From Tagaea sp. (lineage in GTDB: Bacteria; Pseudomonadota; Alphaproteobacteria; CACIAM-22H2), in assembly GCA_965279565.1 (NCBI GenBank), contig OZ257249.1:2897116-2961115 (forward strand): a DNA stretch of 64,000 nt, in the 5' to 3' direction. The position numbers and the translations under genes are program-made. The notes under the pieces are model-generated. The model was not told the DNA's origin and made no database searches. It worked only from the letters and a program-made list of their open reading frames with translations. The first letter of the stretch is position 1. Each line of letters opens with the position of its first letter. Below are positions 58,014 to 64,000 of this stretch, piece after piece.

Positions 58014-59186
58014 ATGGTGATTCCTGGATCGACGACGTTCATGGGGTTTCTTCGGGCAGACGGTTCTGTCGGTACGCGCAACCATGTCCTCGTCGTTTCG
58101 ATACTCGGACTTACGAACCGGATTGCCGACCGGATCGCACAATGCGTACCAGGCACGCTTCCGGTGACGACTCCTTACGGACGAGGACACTACGGTGCCG
58201 ACAAGACCCTCCATCGTGATCAGTTGATCGGCCTGTGCCTCAACCCGAACGTTGCCGGCGTGCTGGTTGTTGGTGCGGACAGGAAGATGGTCGACGACAT
58301 CGCTGCGGCTGCTGCCCGCGGTGGGCGGCCTGTCCGGAGCGTCGCGCTCGACGACACGCATGAGGATGCGCTCGATACGACGGCTCGCGGCATCCGGGCC
58401 GCAGGGGAACTCGTCCACGCCGCATCGCGGATGCGACGTTCGGAGCGACCGGCTTCTGCCCTGTTTCTTGGCGTCGAATGCGGCCACTCCGACGCGACGT
58501 CAGGCATCGTCGCGAATCCGGTCGCGGGCAACTGCGTGGACAGGATCGTCGATGCCGGCGGCACGGCCGTCGTCGGCGAAACCGTCGAATGGCTCGGGGC
58601 TGAACACATCGTCGCCAAGCGCGCCGCGAATGTCGCAGTTGGAGATGCGATCATCGCAGCGGTGCTGCGCCGGGAAACCGAAATATCGGCAGGTGGTCAT
58701 GACCTGACCGGCAACAACCCGGGTGCGGAGAACATTCGCGGCGGCCTGTCCTCGATCGAGGAAAAGTCGCTCGGTGCAATCGCGAAGACCGGCACCAAGC
58801 CAATCCAAGGCGTCCTTCAGGTTGCCGAACGGCCGACCCGGAACGGTCTCCATCTGATGGACGGGCCAAGCTTTTCCCCGGAATCTCTGACCGGGTTCGC
58901 CGCGTCCGGCGCGCAGCTCATGCTGTTCACGACCGGGGCAGGGAACAGTTTCTGCAATTCTATCGCCCCGACAGTGAAGCTGTCTGGGCGGCCCGATACA
59001 GTTGTGCGGCTAAAGGATCAGATAGATTTCGACGCCAGTCCAGTCTTCGAGGGTCGCGAGGATATCGCGACCGCGGGTGGCCGGCTTTTCCAGCTGGTAT
59101 TGGAGATCGCTTCCGGTGCCGCGACCTGGGGCGAAGTCCACGGCGAGGGTGCCGAAGCGATCTATCGCGCGAACGGTTCGATGTAG
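58014..59186 (+). CDS. UxaA-family (altronate/galactarate dehydratase) C-terminal catalytic-domain protein
   Basis: 390 aa with UxaA-type Cys/His-rich motifs (VECGHSDATSGIVANPVAGNCVDRIV, FTTGAGNSF). Confidence 0.7.
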   Translation: MVIPGSTTFMGFLRADGSVGTRNHVLVVSILGLTNRIADRIAQCVPGTLPVTTPYGRGHYGADKTLHRDQLIGLCLNPNVAGVLVVGADRKMVDDIAAAAARGGRPVRSVALDDTHEDALDTTARGIRAAGELVHAASRMRRSERPASALFLGVECGHSDATSGIVANPVAGNCVDRIVDAGGTAVVGETVEWLGAEHIVAKRAANVAVGDAIIAAVLRRETEISAGGHDLTGNNPGAENIRGGLSSIEEKSLGAIAKTGTKPIQGVLQVAERPTRNGLHLMDGPSFSPESLTGFAASGAQLMLFTTGAGNSFCNSIAPTVKLSGRPDTVVRLKDQIDFDASPVFEGREDIATAGGRLFQLVLEIASGAATWGEVHGEGAEAIYRANGSM

Positions 59187-59191
59187 GGGAA

Positions 59192-59518
59192 ATGAACGGA
59201 ATGGCCGGTCGATCAAGTTGGAACGCCATAGCTGTCGATCCGCGCGATAACGTCGCTATTCTGCTGCGCGATGTTGCCGCCGGCGACGAGGTTCAAATTC
59301 GTAGTGGTACGGCAAACGAACGGTTGGTCGCGGTGGAAGCCGTACCGCTCGGTCACAAGATTGCGCGCCGTGCGATCAGGAATGGGGAGCATGTGCTAAA
59401 GTACGGCGATGTCATTGCCAATGCGCGGATGGAGATTTCCGTCGGGCAGCATGTGCACGTGCACAATGTCGTCAGCAATCGTGCAAAAGTTCGACAACCT
59501 GATCACACCAAACCGTGA
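59192..59518 (+). CDS. SAF-domain protein (UxaA N-terminal-domain-like small subunit)
   Basis: 108 aa (AIAVDPRDNVAILLRDVAAGDEV...LGHKIARRAIRNGEHVLKYGDVIANA), typical of the SAF domain preceding UxaA dehydratases. Here it is encoded after the catalytic domain. Confidence 0.65.
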   Translation: MNGMAGRSSWNAIAVDPRDNVAILLRDVAAGDEVQIRSGTANERLVAVEAVPLGHKIARRAIRNGEHVLKYGDVIANARMEISVGQHVHVHNVVSNRAKVRQPDHTKP

Positions 59519-60492
59519 TGGTCAGCTGATTTTCCGGACGGCCGCATGGCCTTCAACGCCGTCGAACTCCGGGGCGCCGGGAAACGTTCCGCACAGACCT
59601 TGCGAAGTTCGCCAAGTAGTCGTCTGCAGGCCGGCGATAGCACACCGCTCCGGCGCAGCGTGAGGCCAACCGGTCGGTCCCAGTCGAGCCAGCCGATACC
59701 CGCCGGCACCACTCCGGCACACTCGCGGCCCGGCTCCATGGTGACCGAGGGCAGGAAGCCGAGGCAGTCGGTTTCAAGGATCATCGCCCGCATGAATGCG
59801 AGCGCATTCGTCTCGACTGCAAGGCGCGGTGCTGTCAGGCCGTGCGAATTCAGTGCGATCTCGAGATGCTGTCGAGTCACGATGGTGGTGGCAGGCAGCA
59901 CCCAGCGATAACGTTCGATCTCCTTTTTCGGCGGATTTCGAAGTTCGAGTAGCGGATGCCCTGGACGGCAGGCGACGACGACGCGGTCGACGAACAGGGT
60001 TTCCTGCACGAGATCGGATTCGTCAGGCTGTTCGACCAGATTGGAAATCACGACATCGATTTCGCCGGCGCGCAGCCATTCGAACAGCCGGTCATGCAGG
60101 CCGCCGATTACCGTGAGCTTCAGGTCGTTGCGCCCCTTCAGCAGGCGTGCGGTGGCGATCGGTAGAACGCTGGCGATGACACTGGGAGCCGAACCGATGA
60201 CGATGCGGCCTTCGCGGCCTTCGCGGATCGCTCCAACGGCGCGCTCTGCTTCGCTGACCTCGACCGCAATTGTGCGAGCGTGCTGTGCGAACTCGCGCCC
60301 GAACTCGGTCGCGAGAACACCGCGCGGCGTTCGTTCGAACAGCTTTACGCCCAGATAAGCTTCGAGACGGCGCAGACTCTTGCTGAGAGCGGGCTGCGAG
60401 ATGCCTAGCGACTTGGCGGCGCGGACGAGACTGCGGTGTTCGACAAGGGCGACCACGTGACGGAGCTGCTGGAGTTGCATAGGTATATCCAA
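59503..60492 (-). CDS. LysR-family transcriptional regulator
   Basis: N-terminal HTH LQQLRHVVALVEHRSLVRAAKSLGISQPALSKSLRRLE plus a LysR substrate-binding domain. Start may be the Met at codon 5. Confidence 0.85.
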   Translation of the reverse strand: MDIPMQLQQLRHVVALVEHRSLVRAAKSLGISQPALSKSLRRLEAYLGVKLFERTPRGVLATEFGREFAQHARTIAVEVSEAERAVGAIREGREGRIVIGSAPSVIASVLPIATARLLKGRNDLKLTVIGGLHDRLFEWLRAGEIDVVISNLVEQPDESDLVQETLFVDRVVVACRPGHPLLELRNPPKKEIERYRWVLPATTIVTRQHLEIALNSHGLTAPRLAVETNALAFMRAMILETDCLGFLPSVTMEPGRECAGVVPAGIGWLDWDRPVGLTLRRSGVLSPACRRLLGELRKVCAERFPAPRSSTALKAMRPSGKSADHHGLV

Positions 60493-60646
60493 GTGTTATG
60501 GATTGGAGACCAGATGGTAGTTGTTCCATTCTCGTGGAAGTGTCAAGTTTTTGGACATTCCGGACCGCAGCGGCATAACGCGCGGCCGGCGGAGGAGGTG
60601 CGAGTTTGTTCATCCAATCCTACCAGAGCGTTGGAATTTCCACTCC

Positions 60647-61147
60647 GTGAGCGAGCCGGAGGAATCCCCTCGGATTGCGAAGTCTGATGCCGCCTTCGCC
60701 GTGTCGATGATCGCCGTCGCTTTGCTGACGATGTGGGGCCTGCGCAACCAGCCCAAAGCGCCCTACGATCCCGTCGGTGCGGCTGCGATCCCTTTCTGGA
60801 CGGCGACGGTCGTCCTGGCACTGGCCGTCGTGCTTCTTGCGCGTGTGCTAATGCGTCATTCGACGCGCGGGAACTCGATCCAACTCTTCACGTCGTCCGA
60901 CGCCATCGACGACAGCTACGCAGTTTCTTTCAGGCTTTCATTCTACGCGGCAGGACTTTCAGTTCTCTATGCCGTGACGATCCCGCTGCTTGGATTCATG
61001 ACAGCATCGGTTACCTACATGATCCTTGCCGGCTGGGTACTCGGTGATCGGACGCCGCGCGCACTTGCGACCGTGACGGTAATCGCGATCGCGGGTGGCG
61101 TGGGACTCGATCTTGGGTTTCGCGCGCTTCTCATCGATCTTCCATAG
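60647..61147 (+). CDS. tctB: TctB-family small permease (start uncertain: GTG 60647 or ATG 60707)
   Basis: Hydrophobic, about 150 aa (MIAVALLTMWGLRNQ...), immediately upstream of a tctA paralog. The N-terminal part of the listed ORF is unlikely to be coding. Confidence 0.5.
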   Translation: MSEPEESPRIAKSDAAFAVSMIAVALLTMWGLRNQPKAPYDPVGAAAIPFWTATVVLALAVVLLARVLMRHSTRGNSIQLFTSSDAIDDSYAVSFRLSFYAAGLSVLYAVTIPLLGFMTASVTYMILAGWVLGDRTPRALATVTVIAIAGGVGLDLGFRALLIDLP

Positions 61148-61156
61148 AGGCGCGCG

Positions 61157-62647
61157 ATGGATCTGCTTCAGGGCTTCCTTCACTTGCTCACGCCCGGGCC
61201 GCTTTCCCTGCTAATGATCGGCACGCTTCTCGGCATCGTCGTCGGCGCATTGCCGGGTCTTACGGGTGGCGCGCTGCTTGCGTTGTCGCTGCCATTTACC
61301 TACCGGATGAGCAGCGTCGATGGCGTCATCCTGATGACATCGATGTATGTTGGGGGGATTTCCGGCGGCCTCATCACGGCGACACTGATGCGGATTCCTG
61401 GCGAACCGGCGTCCGTCGTCACGACGCTCGACGGGTTTCCGATGGCGCGCGGCGGCCGTCCAGGACGGGCTCTCGGACTTGGCATATCGGCGTCCTTGAT
61501 CGGAGGCGCGCTGTCTTGGATTGCCTTGGTCACGTTGTCACCGATGATGGCGCGTCTGGCCCTTGTTTTCGGCCCGTTCGAGAACTTCGCGCTCGTGCTG
61601 ATGGCGTTGGTGCTCATCGCGGCACTTAGTCAGGGATCAGTCATCAAGGGTTTGCTCTCTGGCCTGTTCGGAATGCTCGTTTCTTTCCCGGGTATCGACG
61701 AGACGTCGGGACAGAAGCGGCTTACATTCGGATTCGAGAGCCTCGACGCGGGCTTCAGCAGCCTTGCCGTGATTCTCGGGATTTTCGCGATCAGTCAGGT
61801 GCTCGCGGACGCCATGCATGCTCGCCAGCGATTCGAACGCCTGGATCCCAGCATCAAGGGGATATTTCTATCGCCGGCCGACTATGCTCGGCAGGCATGG
61901 AACATCGTCCGATCCGCTGTAATCGGCATTTGGATTGGGATTCTACCCGGTGTCGGAGCAAGCATCAGTTCGATTGTCGCCTATTCGACGGCGAAGAATA
62001 TGTCGAAGACTCCGGAAAAGTTCGGAACAGGTTTCGAGGACGGCATCGTCGCATCCGAAACAGCGAACAACGCGAACACGGGCGGCGCGCTGATTCCGAT
62101 GATCACTCTCGGTATTCCCGGCAGCCCTGCCGCATCGATTCTGCTGGCAGGACTGCTAATGCACAATATCCAGCCCGGTCCGACTCTCTTCACAAACTCG
62201 CCGGACGTCGTCAATGCGTTGATGGCAACCCATCTTGCTGCCCATGTCGTGATGTTCATCATGATGGTTGCCGGTTGCATGATGATCGCGCGGTTGATGT
62301 ACGTGCAGCGGGCCTACATCCTGCCGATTATCCTCGTCCTGTGTGTGATTGGCGGGCTCGCCGAGAACGGCCGAATGTTCGACGTCTGGACGATGATCGG
62401 TTTCGGTCTCGTCGGCTTCGCGCTTGAAATGGTCGGCGCCCCGCTCGGACCATTCGTCATAGGTCTGATTCTGGCGCCGCTTGCGGAAGGACAGCTGCGG
62501 GCCGGACTGATGGCCTCGAACGGTTCGCTCCAGCCACTATTCGAGCGGCCGATCACCCTTTTCTTCCTGATCGTCTCCGCGCTCATGTTCATCTGGCCGA
62601 TCTGGCGCGACTGGTACCGCAAGCGGCGAATCGTCGCCGCGGCTTGA
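61157..62647 (+). CDS. tctA: TctA-family large permease (second paralog)
   Basis: 496 aa. Collinear with the 50853..52328 TctA (shared blocks GGISGGL.TATLMRIPGEP, NNA.TGG.LIP...LGIPG). Confidence 0.9.
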   Translation: MDLLQGFLHLLTPGPLSLLMIGTLLGIVVGALPGLTGGALLALSLPFTYRMSSVDGVILMTSMYVGGISGGLITATLMRIPGEPASVVTTLDGFPMARGGRPGRALGLGISASLIGGALSWIALVTLSPMMARLALVFGPFENFALVLMALVLIAALSQGSVIKGLLSGLFGMLVSFPGIDETSGQKRLTFGFESLDAGFSSLAVILGIFAISQVLADAMHARQRFERLDPSIKGIFLSPADYARQAWNIVRSAVIGIWIGILPGVGASISSIVAYSTAKNMSKTPEKFGTGFEDGIVASETANNANTGGALIPMITLGIPGSPAASILLAGLLMHNIQPGPTLFTNSPDVVNALMATHLAAHVVMFIMMVAGCMMIARLMYVQRAYILPIILVLCVIGGLAENGRMFDVWTMIGFGLVGFALEMVGAPLGPFVIGLILAPLAEGQLRAGLMASNGSLQPLFERPITLFFLIVSALMFIWPIWRDWYRKRRIVAAA

Positions 62648-62670
62648 ATCCCGTACACGGAGGACATCCC

Positions 62671-63615
62671 ATGCGTCGCAGAGAGTTCGTCGCCGGCACT
62701 TTAGCCGCAACATTGGCCACACCAGTGCTTGCGCAATCCTATCCGGATAAGCCGATCCGCATTGTCGTTCCGAACCCGCCAGGCGGCAGCGCAGACTATA
62801 TCGCGCGCTTTTTCCAGTCGCCGCTGCAGCGTGTGCTCGGACAGCCTTTGGCTGTTGCGAACGTGGTCGGGGCCGGTACCGCCGTCGGCAACCGGCAGGT
62901 GCGAGATTCGGCGCCCGACGGGCACACCGTTCTGGCTGTTCATCAGGCGCTGCTAACGGCGGCAACTCTGAAGGTGATGGACTTTGGCCCCGAAGCGTTT
63001 GCGCAGGTGGCACAGGTTGCCACCGAGTACGTCGCCGTCATCGTCAATCGCAAGGCACCCTATCAGGATCTGCCGTCGTTTCTTGCAGCAGCAAAGAGTG
63101 GCGAACTGAAGGCGGGCGTCCAGATCGGTGCCATCAATCACTTCCTTTTCCTGTCGTTGGGCGACGCGACGGGTGTCAAGTTCCGCTACGTCAATACCGG
63201 CGGCGGCGGCCCAACGCGCACGGCACTGGCTGGCGGCCATGTCGACTGCGCATTCTTGACGGTGAACGAAGCGAAGCCGCTGGTCGACTCCGGCGACCTC
63301 ACGATCGCTGGCATCTTTGCACCCCAGCGTCTCCCGAGTTGGCCGAATCTCAAGACGGCGCGCGAGCAGGGAACCAACCTGCTGCTCAACCTGAATTACT
63401 GGTGGTGGATGCCCAAGGCAACGCCCCGCGACCGGGTCGACCGCTTTGCCGAAGCGCTGCGTGCGTCGATGTCCGACAGCGAGGTTGTCCAGAAATTTGC
63501 CGAGTTCAACATGAGCCCGGCCTTCCTGAAGGGGCCGGAACTGGAAGCCGAGATTGCCCGGCAATACGAGGGAATGAAGAAGCTCGCTGAGCGCAACAAC
63601 GTCACGGCGGGTTGA
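62671..63615 (+). CDS. tctC: TctC/Bug-family periplasmic binding protein (second paralog)
   Basis: Start at MRRREFVAGTLAATLATPVLA with an ACGGAGGA SD. KPIRIVVPNPPGGSAD motif. Confidence 0.85.
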   Translation: MRRREFVAGTLAATLATPVLAQSYPDKPIRIVVPNPPGGSADYIARFFQSPLQRVLGQPLAVANVVGAGTAVGNRQVRDSAPDGHTVLAVHQALLTAATLKVMDFGPEAFAQVAQVATEYVAVIVNRKAPYQDLPSFLAAAKSGELKAGVQIGAINHFLFLSLGDATGVKFRYVNTGGGGPTRTALAGGHVDCAFLTVNEAKPLVDSGDLTIAGIFAPQRLPSWPNLKTAREQGTNLLLNLNYWWWMPKATPRDRVDRFAEALRASMSDSEVVQKFAEFNMSPAFLKGPELEAEIARQYEGMKKLAERNNVTAG

Positions 63616-63644
63616 CGGGAAAAGAAAAGAGCAGGGAGAATCAA

Positions 63645-64000
63645 ATGACAGACAAAGGTCCTGGCCGCCGCGATGTCTTCGCCGGTGCGGCCGCACTGGG
63701 AGCGCTCGGGACGATTTCCTGGGTTCCCCAGACACGTGCCCAGACGCCGAAGGCGGCGCCGTTCACGATCGTCATCAATAACTCGCCGTGGTTCGACGGC
63801 TTCCGTGGAGCCGTCGAGGCTTACGAGAAGGAGTCGGGCAACAAGGTAAATCTCGACGTCAATCCGTTTGGAGGCAGCCTCGAGAAGCAACGGGCGTCAG
63901 TGCGCGCGCGCGATGGCCTGTTCGATCTCCTGATCATGAACGGCCTTTATTATCAGGAGATGTACCATGGTGGTTTCCTGACACCGATCAACGACATCGA
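63645..64000 (+). CDS. ABC substrate-binding protein, 5' partial (runs off the window end)
   Basis: MTDKGPGRRDVFAGAAALGALGTISWVPQTRA (Tat/Sec-like signal) with a GGGAGAA SD. Truncated by the window end. Confidence 0.6.
   Translation, partial: MTDKGPGRRDVFAGAAALGALGTISWVPQTRAQTPKAAPFTIVINNSPWFDGFRGAVEAYEKESGNKVNLDVNPFGGSLEKQRASVRARDGLFDLLIMNGLYYQEMYHGGFLTPINDI

Overview
High-GC (about 65-70% by eye) alphaproteobacterial chromosomal segment, almost entirely metabolic and transport operons. Left to right: a DUF1269/YflT-like stress protein; a hybrid sensor kinase (PAS-HisKA-HATPase-REC-REC-LuxR HTH); a complete kdpFABC-kdpDE potassium-uptake locus; a long minus-strand catabolic operon (Dpp-type peptide ABC importer, alpha/beta hydrolase, creatininase-family amidohydrolase, KstD-like FAD oxidoreductase, acyl-CoA ligase, threonine-aldolase-family PLP enzyme) followed by an MDR dehydrogenase, a VOC protein and a PaaI thioesterase; a sugar ABC operon with a metallophosphoesterase; a three-gene cassette matching the rSAM/selenodomain-associated transferase 1 / transferase 2 / radical-SAM Cys-rich set; btaA-btaB (betaine lipid synthesis); two SDRs; a GntR-regulated sugar-acid-type cluster with duplicated binding proteins and duplicated FAD oxidoreductases plus an enolase-superfamily dehydratase, an RraA-like aldolase and an epimerase; and two Tct tripartite transporters flanking a sulfatase, a second enolase-superfamily enzyme, a split UxaA-type dehydratase and a LysR regulator. 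The main non-coding signal is a family of at least six same-strand copies of a roughly 130-160 bp intergenic element: a conserved AT-richer leader of about 100 nt, then a tRNA 3'-half-like module (T-arm GTCGCAGGTTCGAATCCTGT, acceptor strand CGCTCCG, A, CCA in the best copy, most like tRNA-Pro), then a GC hairpin. The copies sit exactly at the boundaries between the operon blocks. No integrase, transposase, CRISPR or phage genes are visible. The element family is the candidate novel feature: either a multicopy tRNA-like small-RNA gene family, or the attR-type scars of tandem island accretion at a tRNA gene.
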